Source of the DNA: an uncultured Candidatus Entotheonella sp.
GTDB taxonomy: Bacteria; Tectomicrobia; Entotheonellia; Entotheonellales; Entotheonellaceae
NCBI GenBank assembly: GCA_965217185.1
Contig: OZ244252.1
Coordinates: 160,001 to 224,000 of the forward strand
DNA length: 64,000 nucleotides
Direction: 5' to 3'
Positions 51,201 to 61,204 of the stretch are shown here, in pieces. A program made the position numbers and the translations under genes. How positions within the stretch are numbered: position 1 is the first letter of the stretch; every line of letters starts with the position of its first letter. The notes under the pieces were generated by a model, which ran no database searches, was not told where the DNA came from, and worked only from the letters and a program-made list of their open reading frames with translations.

Positions 51201-52226
51201 CTACTTGGCGACCGGGTTGGTTACCGTGGCGGGCGCGTTACCACGCTGGAGATCAAGGAAGGGCAACAGGGAAGATTGCTGTTTAGCGTCAAACACGAAC
51301 ACCTGTCTGACCTCGGGTAGAACGTCCTGCATCGTTTCCAGATAGAGGCGGCGGCGAGTAACGTCCGGAGCTTTCTGGTATTCGATGAGCACGGCGTTGA
51401 AGCGGGCCACGTCGCCCTTGGCGGAATTGACGCGCTGGATGGCATAACCCTCCGCCTTGGCGAGGGTGCGGTCTGCTTCGCCCCGCTCACGCGGCACCTC
51501 CTGGTTGTACTCCTGCCGCGCCTGATTGATCTTCCTCTCCTGCTCCTGCTGCGCCTCGTTTACCTCGTTGAAGGCGCGCTTGACGGCGTCGGAAGGGGGC
51601 GTGACGTTCTGCATCTTCACCGCCTCGATGCGCAGGCCGGTTTCGTAGAGGTCCAGCAACTCCTGCATTTTCTCCTCTACCTCGCTGGCGATCTCCATGC
51701 GGCGCTCGGTCAGCACCTCGGTGACGGTGTGATCGCCGACCACCGTGCGCATGACGATCTGGGCCACGTCGCGCAAGGCCGGCACCGGGTCGCGGTTGGC
51801 GAACAGGAATTTCACCGGATCGGAGATGCGGTATTGGACGATCCACTCAACATCGGCCACGTTGAGGTCGCCGGTGAGCATGATGGCCTCTTCGGGGTAT
51901 GAGCGCGGGCTGAAACGCGTTCGCACCCCCGGCTCTTCCGTGCGGAAACCGAACTCCTCCTTGTGGATGCGCTCCACCTTTACCTTGCTGACGGTTTCCA
52001 CGCCAAACGGCAATTTGTAGCGCAGCCCCGGATCTTCGAGGCGGACGTATCTGCCGAAGCGTTGAACGACCCCGACTTCGTCGGCCTCGATCGTGTAAAA
52101 AACCGTCAAGAGAATGCTCAGACCTACCAGTACCAGGACGCCGATAATGACTAGTCCCTTTGGGGGACGGGGGATGTTGCCGTCAAACGACAGTTCACGA
52201 TCCAGACCATCATTGTCTCCTTGCAT
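51201..52226 (-). CDS. hflK: FtsH protease modulator HflK
   Basis: GVVQRFG, MLTGDLNVADV, APDVTRRRLYLETM. Confidence 0.94.
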   Translation of the reverse strand: MQGDNDGLDRELSFDGNIPRPPKGLVIIGVLVLVGLSILLTVFYTIEADEVGVVQRFGRYVRLEDPGLRYKLPFGVETVSKVKVERIHKEEFGFRTEEPGVRTRFSPRSYPEEAIMLTGDLNVADVEWIVQYRISDPVKFLFANRDPVPALRDVAQIVMRTVVGDHTVTEVLTERRMEIASEVEEKMQELLDLYETGLRIEAVKMQNVTPPSDAVKRAFNEVNEAQQEQERKINQARQEYNQEVPRERGEADRTLAKAEGYAIQRVNSAKGDVARFNAVLIEYQKAPDVTRRRLYLETMQDVLPEVRQVFVFDAKQQSSLLPFLDLQRGNAPATVTNPVAK

Positions 52227-52492
52227 CTCGATTTCTCCTTCCTGAGCCGATGCCGTGCGGGCTCTGGCGCTGCCATCGTCAGTTACCCCACCCGAATGGT
52301 AACGCGCCGCAAATTATCAGGGTTTCGATGCGGTAGAGTATACGGGAAAATGTTCAGGGCGGCACGGCGATCGCCCTCACGTTGCCCGGTCCGGCGTGTT
52401 GACGCTGTGCCGGGCATCAAGTACGATGCCGTGCCTGCATTCTTGTCGTTCTTCCCGACGACCTTTCAGCCTTGGGCCAGCAGGCTTTGAGC

Positions 52493-53089
52493 ATGCAAAA
52501 CGAAGAAATAGAGGTCAAGTTTGTCCTTGATGACTTGGCGGCCATGCGCCAGTGCGTTGTCGATATGGGCGCGGTCCTCAAAACTCCCCGCACGTACGAA
52601 AACAACATCACGTACGATACCGCCGAGGGTCGGCTGCGGCAGGGCGGCCGACTGCTGCGGCTGCGGCGTGACCGGCGCAACGTGCTGACCTACAAGGAGC
52701 CGTTGCCGCACGAGGACGCCGATTTCAAGGTGCGGCAGGAGTTCGAGGTGGAGGTGAGCGACTTCGCGCAGGCGCAGTCCATCGTCGAAAGGCTTGGATT
52801 CGCGGCGTCGATGCGCTATGAGAAGTACCGCGAGACGTTCATCCATGAGGACGCCGAGATCGTTCTGGACGAGCTGCCGGTGGGGAACTTCATGGAGATC
52901 GAGGCGACGCGCGAGCAGATTCGCGCCATCACGGCCGCCTTGGGCCTCGACTTTGCCGACCGGCTGCGCGGCAGTTACGGCGACATCCTTGAGGCCGTTT
53001 GCACCGCGTACGACCTGCCGTTGAGCGACATGACCTTCGACAACTTCCGCCATCTGACCGTCGATCTGCACGCCTGCCGCCTGACGTAG
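52493..53089 (+). CDS. CYTH-domain protein (class IV adenylate cyclase-like)
   Basis: EIEVKF, LLRLR, LTYK, YEKYRE, FMEIE. Confidence 0.88.
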   Translation: MQNEEIEVKFVLDDLAAMRQCVVDMGAVLKTPRTYENNITYDTAEGRLRQGGRLLRLRRDRRNVLTYKEPLPHEDADFKVRQEFEVEVSDFAQAQSIVERLGFAASMRYEKYRETFIHEDAEIVLDELPVGNFMEIEATREQIRAITAALGLDFADRLRGSYGDILEAVCTAYDLPLSDMTFDNFRHLTVDLHACRLT

Positions 53090-53111
53090 CGCACCGCCTT
53101 TCGGAGTCCCC

Positions 53112-53903
53112 ATGAAACCCCGCGTGTTGGTTCTGTCCGGTTGCGGCATCAATTGCGAGCGCGAGACGGCGTACGCCTTCAGCCTGCCGACGGTAGGCGG
53201 CGAGGCTGTCTGCGTACATCTGAACGACCTTGTCGCGGAACCCGATCAACTCGACGACTACCACATCATGGTCATTCCCGGCGGCTTTGCCTACGGGGAC
53301 GACATCGCCGCCGGCATCGTCCTGGCCACCCGGCTGCGCTACCGGCTGGAGCGGCCCTTGAGCAGGTTTTTGGCGGATGGTAAGCTGCTGCTCGGCATCT
53401 GCAACGGCTTTCAAGTCCTCGTCCGCCTTGGCGTTCTGCCTGCCGTAGGGGGGCAGAAATGGGACCAGGAAGCGACCCTGACCACCAACGATTCGGGAAA
53501 GTTCGAAGACCGTTGGGTGTACCTGCAAATCGATCCCGCTTGCCCCTCTCCCTTTGTGCAAGGCATTGATCGCCTCTACCTGCCGGTACGTCACGGCGAG
53601 GGCAAGTTTCTGACGCGGGATGACGATGTTTTGCGCGGCTTGCGGGCGAACCATCAGATCGCCGCCCGCTACCGCGGACCGGACGGCAACGCGGCACCCT
53701 ATCCCTGGAATCCCAACGGCTCGGTCGACGACGTGGCCGCGCTGTGCAATCCGAGCGGCCGGGTGTTCGGCCTCATGCCGCACCCGGAAGCCTATACGCA
53801 CCGCACCCACCACCCCCGCTGGACGCGCGAATCGCTGCCGGAAGAGGGGCAGGGGGTGGCGATCTTCCGCAACGCCGTTGCCTTTGCCCGTACCCACCTG
53901 TGA
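53112..53903 (+). CDS. purQ: Phosphoribosylformylglycinamidine synthase subunit PurQ
   Basis: GINCERET, PGGFAYGD, GICNGFQ, HGEG, NPNGS, GLMPHPE. Confidence 0.95.
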   Translation: MKPRVLVLSGCGINCERETAYAFSLPTVGGEAVCVHLNDLVAEPDQLDDYHIMVIPGGFAYGDDIAAGIVLATRLRYRLERPLSRFLADGKLLLGICNGFQVLVRLGVLPAVGGQKWDQEATLTTNDSGKFEDRWVYLQIDPACPSPFVQGIDRLYLPVRHGEGKFLTRDDDVLRGLRANHQIAARYRGPDGNAAPYPWNPNGSVDDVAALCNPSGRVFGLMPHPEAYTHRTHHPRWTRESLPEEGQGVAIFRNAVAFARTHL

Positions 53904-53947
53904 CGCTCCGCAACCCTCTGGTCGTACATGATGATCTGCAATAAAGG

Positions 53948-55408
53948 ATGAAGCCTGTGATACGCCCGACTTCTGATTACCAGGGTTACGTGAATCCCTT
54001 GGTAGACCGCTATGCCAGCCAGGACATGAGCCACCTCTTCTCGCCGCAATACAAGTTTCAGACCTGGCGCCGCCTGTGGGTGGCGCTCGCCGAGGCTGAG
54101 GCCGAGGTGGGGCTGAACATCAGCCAGGCGCAGATCGAGGAGTTGCGGGCGCATGTCGAGGACATCAACTTCGAGGTGGCCGAGGCGCAGGAAAAAATTC
54201 TGCGGCACGACGTCATGGCGCACATTCATGCCTACGGCGCGCAATGTCCGCAGGCGCGCGGCATCATCCACCTGGGCGCCACCAGCGCCTTCGTGGGCGA
54301 CAACACCGACCTCATCCAGATGCGCACCGGGCTGGAACTGATCCGCACCCGCCTGGTCAACGTCATGGACGCCCTGGCGCGGTTTGCCGCCACGCACCGG
54401 GACGTGGTGACGTTGGGCTACACGCATTTCCAGCCCGCCCAACTGACCACCGTGGGCCGCCGCGCCGTGTTGTGGCTGCAGGACCTGACGTTTGACCTCG
54501 AGGACCTGGAGCACGTGCTGGCGACGCTGCACTTTCGCGGCGCCAAGGGCGCGACGGGCACCCAAGCCAGCTTCATGCGCCTGTGCAACGATGACGCCGA
54601 CAAGGTGAAGGCGATCGACCAGCGGGTGGCGGAAAAGATGGGGTTTGAGCGCACCCTGCCAGTGACCGGCCAGACGTACCCGCGCAAATATGACAGCCGG
54701 GTGCTGGGCGTTCTGGCGGCGGTGGCGCAATCGGCGCACAAGTTCAGCAACGACGTGCGGTTGTCGCAGAGCCTCGGCGAGATGGAGGAACCCTTCGGCA
54801 GCTCACAGGTCGGCTCATCGACCATGGCGTACAAGCGCAACCCGACGCGCAGCGAGCGCATCGCGGCGCTGTCGCGGCACGTGATCTGCAACAGCCTCAA
54901 TCCGGCGCTTACCGCGGCCGGGCAGTGGTTCGAGCGCACGATTGACGATTCCGCCAACAAGCGCCTGAGCATCCCGGAAGCCTTCCTGGCGGCGGACGCC
55001 ATTCTGATATTGTACCAGGAAGTCGCCTCGGGTCTCGTGGTATATCCGGCCGTGATGGCCCGCCGGGTGGCCGAGCACCTGCCCTTTCTGGTCACCGAGA
55101 ACCTCATGATGGAGGGTGTCGTCAAGGCCGCTGGCGATCGCCAGATTTTGCACGAGAAGATCCGTCAGCACGCCATGGAAACGTGGCACCACATGCGCGT
55201 TGACGGCGGTGAGAACGACCTGCTCGGACGCCTGCGCGACGATCCGGCCTTCGACGCGCTGCGGGCGCAGATACCCGACGCCCCGGTGCCGCATGCCTAC
55301 ACGGGCCGGGCGGCGCAGCAGGTGGATGAGTTCCTTGAAACGGTGTATCAACCCATTCGTGAGCGGCATGGCGCCCTGCTTGGCGCCGTTGTCGAGACAC
55401 ACGTGTAA
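53948..55408 (+). CDS. purB: Adenylosuccinate lyase
   Basis: RHDVMAH, HLGATS, THFQPAQ, GSSTMAYKRNP. Confidence 0.95.
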   Translation: MKPVIRPTSDYQGYVNPLVDRYASQDMSHLFSPQYKFQTWRRLWVALAEAEAEVGLNISQAQIEELRAHVEDINFEVAEAQEKILRHDVMAHIHAYGAQCPQARGIIHLGATSAFVGDNTDLIQMRTGLELIRTRLVNVMDALARFAATHRDVVTLGYTHFQPAQLTTVGRRAVLWLQDLTFDLEDLEHVLATLHFRGAKGATGTQASFMRLCNDDADKVKAIDQRVAEKMGFERTLPVTGQTYPRKYDSRVLGVLAAVAQSAHKFSNDVRLSQSLGEMEEPFGSSQVGSSTMAYKRNPTRSERIAALSRHVICNSLNPALTAAGQWFERTIDDSANKRLSIPEAFLAADAILILYQEVASGLVVYPAVMARRVAEHLPFLVTENLMMEGVVKAAGDRQILHEKIRQHAMETWHHMRVDGGENDLLGRLRDDPAFDALRAQIPDAPVPHAYTGRAAQQVDEFLETVYQPIRERHGALLGAVVETHV

Positions 55409-55439
55409 TCGGGGCCGACAGTTCCGCCGTCCAGGTTTA

Positions 55440-55468
55440 TTGACAGCATTCTTTGCTAGCACTATCTT
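55440..55468 (+). promoter_or_regulatory. Sigma70-type promoter of the TA operon, with candidate operator half-sites
   Basis: TTGACA-17 bp-TATCTT; overlapped by TGACAGCA and the palindromic TGCTAGCA. Confidence 0.65.
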
Positions 55469-55518
55469 GCCTGGGTTGAAAGGTCCCGATGGATGGAAGC
55501 AGAGAAGGAGGTGCTCCG

Positions 55519-55776
55519 GTGAACTCGGTCATTACCGTCCGCAATATCGATCCGGGCGACAAGTTCTGGATCGAGCGCGAAGCGCGCCATCGCGGTATTT
55601 CGATGGAGGAGTTCGTCCGCCGTCTGATCCGCGAGAAGCGCGAGAAATCGGAACGCCGCGAACCCCCCTCCCAGGCATTCAGACGGTATTTCGGGTCGGA
55701 ACACGGAGTCGAACTGCCGCTGGCCCGGCGCTACGGATACAGGCCGGTAACGCTCCCTGACGGGAGCCGGACGTGA
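55519..55776 (+). CDS. FitA-like ribbon-helix-helix antitoxin
   Basis: ITVRNID...ARHRGISMEEFVRRLI...GVEL; RBS AAGGAGGT, GTG start; GTGA overlap with the toxin. Confidence 0.85.
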   Translation: MNSVITVRNIDPGDKFWIEREARHRGISMEEFVRRLIREKREKSERREPPSQAFRRYFGSEHGVELPLARRYGYRPVTLPDGSRT

Positions 55777-56219
55777 CTGCTCCCACGGCTTGGCTCCTCG
55801 ACACGAACGTCGTTTCCGAGATGATGCGGCCGAGCCCGGAGCCGAGCGTTGCCGGGTTTCTCGATAGGATTGCCGCCGAGGGGATTGGCTTGGCCGCAAT
55901 TACCGTCTGGGAAATCTTGAACGGCGTCGGGCAATTGGACCTCGGACAACGTCGTGATGACCTTGCCGAGCGGTTTCAACTGCTGTTGGACGACTTTTTC
56001 GAAGGCCGTATCTTCGACTGGTCGGTTGCCGATGCCCGCGCCTGTGCTCTGATCATGGAAGAAAAGCGCCGCCAGGGAGAGCCGCTCGACAGCCATTTAC
56101 CCGATGCGATGTTGGCGGGAACCGCAAGACACCACGACCTCGCCGTCGTCACACGCAATGAGCGGGAGTTCCGCAATACGGGCGTCAGGGTGGTCAACCC
56201 CTGGTCGGATGCCGGTTAA
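55773..56219 (+). CDS. VapC/FitB-like PIN toxin
   Basis: LLDTNVVSE, DAMLAGTA, VVTRNEREF, NPW. Confidence 0.92.
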   Translation: MTAPTAWLLDTNVVSEMMRPSPEPSVAGFLDRIAAEGIGLAAITVWEILNGVGQLDLGQRRDDLAERFQLLLDDFFEGRIFDWSVADARACALIMEEKRRQGEPLDSHLPDAMLAGTARHHDLAVVTRNEREFRNTGVRVVNPWSDAG

Positions 56220-56322
56220 TCGACATGAAGCGATACGGTAAATTTCCACCTTTCTGACTTGCCGCCTATCATCCTCGTCAAAACGTATTCATGAGACGAA
56301 TTCTGACCCTGGGGACAACGAC

Positions 56323-57594
56323 ATGCTGGACATCCGATTCATCCGTGAGCAGCCCGACACCGTTCAGGCCGGGGCGCGCAAAAAGCGCATCGACATCGAC
56401 ATCCGGCAGTTGCTGGAGGTGGACGAGCAGCGGCGGCGCCTGCTGGGCCGGGTCGAGGACCTGAAGGCGCAGCGCAACAAGATGTCCAGGGAGATCGCCA
56501 CGCTGCAAGGGGAGCCCAAGCAGGCGGCAATCGCCGCGATGAAGGAGGTGGCGGCGGAGAGCAAGGGCCTGGAGGGGTCGCTGCGGGACGCGGAATCGGC
56601 CTACGAGGCGTTGATGCTGCGGGTTCCGAACGTGCCCGCCGACGAGGTGCCCGAGGGCGAGACGGACGCCGACAACGTCGTCATCAAGACCTGGGGCGAA
56701 CCGCCGCGCTTCGGCTTCACGCCGCTCGATCACGTCGAGCTTGGCGAGCGGCTGGATATCATCGACATTCCCAGGGCCGTCAAGCTGGCCGGGGCTCGCA
56801 CCTATTTCCTGAAGAACGCCGGCGCGCTCCTCGAACAGGCGGTTTTGCAATTCGCCCTGCACCACATGGTGCGCAAGGGTTTCGCGCCCTTCCTGGTGCC
56901 CCACTTGGTGAAGGACGAGCCGATGGTGGGCACGGCGTATTTTCCCGTCGGCCAGGAGCAGACGTACCGCCTGCCGGAGGACAGCATGAACCTCATCGGC
57001 ACTGCCGAGGTGCCGCTCACCGCCTACCGCGCCAACGAGATTCTTACCGAGAGCGACCTGCCGAATTACTCGGTGGGGCTGTCGAGTTGCTACCGCCGCG
57101 AGGCCGGCACTTACGGCAAGGACACGCGCGGGCTCTTTCGCATTCATCAGTTCCAGAAGGTGGAGCAGGTGGTGCTGTGCGCCAACGACCCGGCGGTGTC
57201 GGTACGGGAGCACGAGCACATTCTGGGCAACGCCGAGGAAATCCTGCAGGCGCTGGGTCTGCCGTACCGGGTCGTGCTGGTGTGCGGCGGCGACCTGGGG
57301 GTGCCGCAGGTCAAAAAGTACGACATCGAGACCTGGATGCCCGGGCGGCAGGCGTACAGCGAAACGCATTCGGCGTCGAAGTTTCACGATTTCCAGGCGC
57401 GCCGCCTGAACCTGCGCTACCGCACCCAGGACGGTAAGCTGAGCTTCGTCCATACCCTGAACAACACGGTGGTCGCTTCGCCGCGCATCCTCATCCCGCT
57501 GCTGGAGGTGCACCAGCGTGCCGACGGCAGTGTGGCGATTCCAGAGGTCTTGCAGCCGTTTATGGGGGGGATTGAAGTGATCGAGAAGCGTTGA
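56323..57594 (+). CDS. serS: Serine--tRNA ligase
   Basis: MLDIRFIR, GTAEVPL, YRREAG, GLFRIHQFQKVE, FQARRL, HTLNNT. Confidence 0.97.
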   Translation: MLDIRFIREQPDTVQAGARKKRIDIDIRQLLEVDEQRRRLLGRVEDLKAQRNKMSREIATLQGEPKQAAIAAMKEVAAESKGLEGSLRDAESAYEALMLRVPNVPADEVPEGETDADNVVIKTWGEPPRFGFTPLDHVELGERLDIIDIPRAVKLAGARTYFLKNAGALLEQAVLQFALHHMVRKGFAPFLVPHLVKDEPMVGTAYFPVGQEQTYRLPEDSMNLIGTAEVPLTAYRANEILTESDLPNYSVGLSSCYRREAGTYGKDTRGLFRIHQFQKVEQVVLCANDPAVSVREHEHILGNAEEILQALGLPYRVVLVCGGDLGVPQVKKYDIETWMPGRQAYSETHSASKFHDFQARRLNLRYRTQDGKLSFVHTLNNTVVASPRILIPLLEVHQRADGSVAIPEVLQPFMGGIEVIEKR

Positions 57595-57615
57595 ACGGAT
57601 GATTGAAGCGCCCGT

Positions 57616-58419
57616 CTAAAGACCGCCGCCGTCCGGCAGCAGGGGGTCCGGCAGGGGGGTGCCGGTGTACAGCACGACGGCCTGCCCCTCAATCTCGTCC
57701 TGGCGTGCTTCCAGCGCCACCCGGTGTGTGTCAGCCGATTCCCGCCAGAACGCCTTGCCGCCCCGGCGGATGAGGAACAGGAGCCGCTCCTGCGTCTCGG
57801 GTGGAACCTCCAACCGCTGCAACAAGTCGTTGAGCGGATCGGCTGCCAGGGTGAATTGCTCGCTCTGCGGGTAAAGTGGCACAACGCGTTCCAACGGCCG
57901 GCCGCGCGGGTGGAAAAGGGCGACCAGCGTCTGCCCTTGCCCCGCCTGCTTGTCGACCCTGTAGTAACGCAGCACGCGGCGCTTGGCGCCGGGCGTCAGG
58001 GGTTGGAAGAGCAGCGCTTCGTAGGTGGCACCGGCTTGCTCGAACTGCACGTCGTCATAGGGTGGGTCGAAAAAGAGGTCGAAAACCTCGGCGTCGAAGG
58101 CCAATTCGATCCAGTACGAACCAGGGGGCAGGGTCAGGCGTAGGGGAGTCTTGCCGCGATAGGCTTCCGGATTGGTATCGTGCGATGGGACTTCCTCAGG
58201 GTCGTAAGGCTGCACGTAGACGTCCGCCGCTTCAGGAATCGAGGTCACCCATACTTCGTTCGCCGTCACCTGCACGGGCATGCCGGTAGGCATCCGCTCG
58301 CTGAAGTCATAGGACTGATACAGGGCCTCGCAGCCACCCAGCAGCACGGCGGCCGCTGCAATAAGGCATACTGCCCAGCACGTTTTGAAGCGACCGATGG
58401 GGTTCATGCCCGCCTTCAT
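57616..58419 (-). CDS. Lipoprotein with a PEGA-like segment
   Basis: Lipobox LGGC; VTSIPEAADVYV...GKTPLRLTLPPGSY. Confidence 0.7.
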   Translation of the reverse strand: MKAGMNPIGRFKTCWAVCLIAAAAVLLGGCEALYQSYDFSERMPTGMPVQVTANEVWVTSIPEAADVYVQPYDPEEVPSHDTNPEAYRGKTPLRLTLPPGSYWIELAFDAEVFDLFFDPPYDDVQFEQAGATYEALLFQPLTPGAKRRVLRYYRVDKQAGQGQTLVALFHPRGRPLERVVPLYPQSEQFTLAADPLNDLLQRLEVPPETQERLLFLIRRGGKAFWRESADTHRVALEARQDEIEGQAVVLYTGTPLPDPLLPDGGGL

Positions 58420-58446
58420 GATTCTACCTGGAACGTTTTCGGATCA

Positions 58447-58512
58447 TCCCCTCTCCCACGAAGAGGGTTTCACCCCCTCTCCCCTGGAGGGCTAGGGTTG
58501 GGGTGAGGGGGA
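58447..58512. repeat. CCCTCTCCC...GGGGTGAGGG-type intergenic palindromic repeat (degenerate pair)
   Basis: CCCCTCTCCCACGAAGAGGG and CCCCCTCTCCCCTGGAGGGCTAGGGTTGGGGTGAGGGG. Confidence 0.5.
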
Positions 58513-58569
58513 AATCTGAGGTGAGACACGACCCGGTTTCTTCACGATTCAATCCGATACGGAAATACC

Positions 58570-59553
58570 CTACGTTTTCCGTTCGTACACCTCGGGATTG
58601 ACCACGTGCTGCGGCCGTTCGCCTTGCAGCGCGGCGACCGCGTTTTGCGCCGCCATCACCGCCATGCGCGTGCGGCTGGCAACCGAGGCGCTGCCGATGT
58701 GCGGCAGCAGAACGACGTTCTCCAAGTCCTTCAGCGCCTGCGGCACCTCGGGTTCCTGCTCGAAGACGTCCAGTCCCGCACCGGCGATCCACTGTTCCTG
58801 CAACGCACGGATGACGGCCGCTTCGTCGACGACCGGCCCCCGCGACGTGTTGATGAGGTAGGCCGTCGGCTGCATCATGCGCAACTCTTTTTCACCGATG
58901 AGATGCTGGGTTTCGGTGTTGAGCGGCGTGTGCACGCTGACGAAATCGGCGTTTTGCAGAAGCGTATCCAGCTCCACCCAGGTGGCGCCGAGCTCGGATT
59001 CCAGGTCTTCTGGCAGTCGATGCCGGTTGTGGTAGAGGATCGTCATGCCGAAGCCGCTTGCCCGCCGCGCCACCGCTTGCCCGATGCGCCCCATGCCGAC
59101 GATGCCGAGGGTGCGGCCGTGCACGTCGTGGCCCAGTAGCACCATCAGGCGCCACTCCTTCCACTTGCCGGCGCGGATATAGCGGTCCGCTTCGGGAATG
59201 CGCCGCGCGATGCTGAACAGCAGGCCCCACGTCAGGTCGGCGGTGGATTCGGTGACGACGCCCGGTGTGTTGGTAACCACCACGCCTCGCTGGGTGGCGG
59301 CCGGCACGTCCACGTTGTCGTAGCCTGCCGCCACGTTTGCCACTACCTTGAGACCGGCGCCCGCTTCCAGGAACGCCGCGTCGATCATGTCGGTGACCAC
59401 GGAAATCACCCCATCCATGCCGGCGACGGCTCGGCGCAAGGTGGTGGCATCGAGGGGTTGGTCCAGGGGGGTGAAGTGAACGTCGCAGGCCCGCCGGGCA
59501 ACCTCGACGGCTTCGTCGGCCAGTTTGTGGGTGATGAGTACGCGGGGTGCCAT
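58570..59553 (-). CDS. D-2-hydroxyacid dehydrogenase (glyoxylate reductase/D-glycerate dehydrogenase)
   Basis: GYDNVD, NTPGV, GMGRIG, INTSRG, LDVFEQEP, PHIGSA. Confidence 0.93.
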   Translation of the reverse strand: MAPRVLITHKLADEAVEVARRACDVHFTPLDQPLDATTLRRAVAGMDGVISVVTDMIDAAFLEAGAGLKVVANVAAGYDNVDVPAATQRGVVVTNTPGVVTESTADLTWGLLFSIARRIPEADRYIRAGKWKEWRLMVLLGHDVHGRTLGIVGMGRIGQAVARRASGFGMTILYHNRHRLPEDLESELGATWVELDTLLQNADFVSVHTPLNTETQHLIGEKELRMMQPTAYLINTSRGPVVDEAAVIRALQEQWIAGAGLDVFEQEPEVPQALKDLENVVLLPHIGSASVASRTRMAVMAAQNAVAALQGERPQHVVNPEVYERKT

Positions 59554-59557
59554 GCGC

Positions 59558-61159
59558 CTATGCCTCGGCGGCGGCTTTTTGTTGCTCCGTTTCGACCAGC
59601 ACGCGGCGCAACACCTTGCCTGAGGCGGTCTTGGGAATGCTGGCGACGAACTCGACCTCGCGCACCTTCTTGTAGCCGGCGATGCGGCTGGCCACGAATT
59701 CCATCAGCACGTCCGCGGCGACCTCCTCGCCCGGGTGCAGGATGACCAGAGCCTTGGGAATTTCTCCCGCCTCGGCGTCCGGCTTGCCGAAGACGGCGCA
59801 ATCGGCGACGGCAGGGTGCTGGAACAGCGCCGCCTCGACTTCCGCGGGGGCGACGGAGAAGCCCTTGTATTTGATCATCTCTTTCTTGCGGTCAACGATG
59901 TAGACGTATCCCTGATCGTCGATGCGCGCCACGTCGCCGGTCGCCAGCCAACCGTCGCGCAGCACAAGGCCCGTTTCTTCGGGAGCCTTCCAGTAGCCCT
60001 TCATGACGTGGGGGCCCTTGATGAGCAGCTCGCCGACGCCGCCGGTGCTCAGTTCCTGCTCGCCGGTGGTGAGATCGACGATCTTCTGCTCCTGATTCGG
60101 CACCGCCAGGCCGACCGAATCGGGCTTCACGCAGCCCTGATCGACGGGGTTCAGGTGCGTCACCGGAGAGGCTTCCGTGAGGCCGTATCCCTGCAGGACG
60201 CACACGCCGGTTTTGTCCTGCACGCGCTGCCCCACCTCGGGTGCCAGAGGCGCGGCCCCGACCATGATGTAGCGCATGTGCGAGAGGTCGAACTGATCGA
60301 CGTTCGGGTAGTTGCCCAAGGCGACCATGATAGGCGGCACGGCGTAATACAGGGTGACTTTGTACTGCTGCGCCAGGGCCAGCGAGCGCTCCAGATCGAA
60401 TGCCTCCATGATGACCAAGGTCGCACCGGCGTATATGCCCCCGCCCACCAGCATCATGCCGTAGATGTGGTAGAAGGGCAGGAAGATGAGCAGGGTATCG
60501 CGCTCCGCCATGCGCCCGCTGGAGATGAACTGAATGTTGTTGGCCACCAGATTCTGATGGCTCAGCATGACGCCTTTGGGCAGGCCGGTAGTGCCGCTGG
60601 AGTAGGGCAGGGCCACCAAGTCCTCGGCCCAGTTCAGCGCCAATTGCGGCGGGTGCTTCGGGGACGAGCGCCGGATGAGGTCGCGAAAGAGGTGCGTCTT
60701 CGGCTCGGCGTTGCGCCCGACGATCACCACTTCTTTGAGGCTCGGCACCTTTGAGCGCACCGATTTGACTAGCGGGTAGAGCGACTCCTGCACGACCAGC
60801 ACGCTGGCTTCGGCGTCGTTGAGCTGGTGTTGGATCTCGTCTTTCTTGTAGGCGGGATTCAAAGGTGTGGCCACGGCGCCCAGGCGGGCGGCGGCGTAGA
60901 AGCTGATGATGTATTCCGGGCGGTTGGCCATGTAAAGGGCAACACGGTCGCCCTTTTTGACGCCGATGCTGCTCAAGGCGTTGGCGATACTGTTGGTCAG
61001 TCCGTCGAGCTCTCGGTACGAGATTTTCTGCCCCTGAAAAATGACTGCCTCTTTTTCCGGAAAGCGCTGAGCCGTCTCCCACAGCATCTCACCAAAGGGA
61101 ATTTCCGGAATGTCGATGTCGGCTCGAAAGAAATCCCCAAGCGTGCTGTCTGGGGTCAT
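59558..61159 (-). CDS. Acyl-CoA ligase (4-coumarate/long-chain fatty acid--CoA ligase-like)
   Basis: PYSSGTTGLPKGVML, QGYGLTE, GWLATGD, IKYKG, IPKTASGK; start at MTPD after GAGGAG. Confidence 0.92.
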   Translation of the reverse strand: MTPDSTLGDFFRADIDIPEIPFGEMLWETAQRFPEKEAVIFQGQKISYRELDGLTNSIANALSSIGVKKGDRVALYMANRPEYIISFYAAARLGAVATPLNPAYKKDEIQHQLNDAEASVLVVQESLYPLVKSVRSKVPSLKEVVIVGRNAEPKTHLFRDLIRRSSPKHPPQLALNWAEDLVALPYSSGTTGLPKGVMLSHQNLVANNIQFISSGRMAERDTLLIFLPFYHIYGMMLVGGGIYAGATLVIMEAFDLERSLALAQQYKVTLYYAVPPIMVALGNYPNVDQFDLSHMRYIMVGAAPLAPEVGQRVQDKTGVCVLQGYGLTEASPVTHLNPVDQGCVKPDSVGLAVPNQEQKIVDLTTGEQELSTGGVGELLIKGPHVMKGYWKAPEETGLVLRDGWLATGDVARIDDQGYVYIVDRKKEMIKYKGFSVAPAEVEAALFQHPAVADCAVFGKPDAEAGEIPKALVILHPGEEVAADVLMEFVASRIAGYKKVREVEFVASIPKTASGKVLRRVLVETEQQKAAAEA

Positions 61160-61204
61160 GCAGCATCTCCTCGGTCGTTGTGTTGTGTGCGGGATGTCCA
61201 ATTA

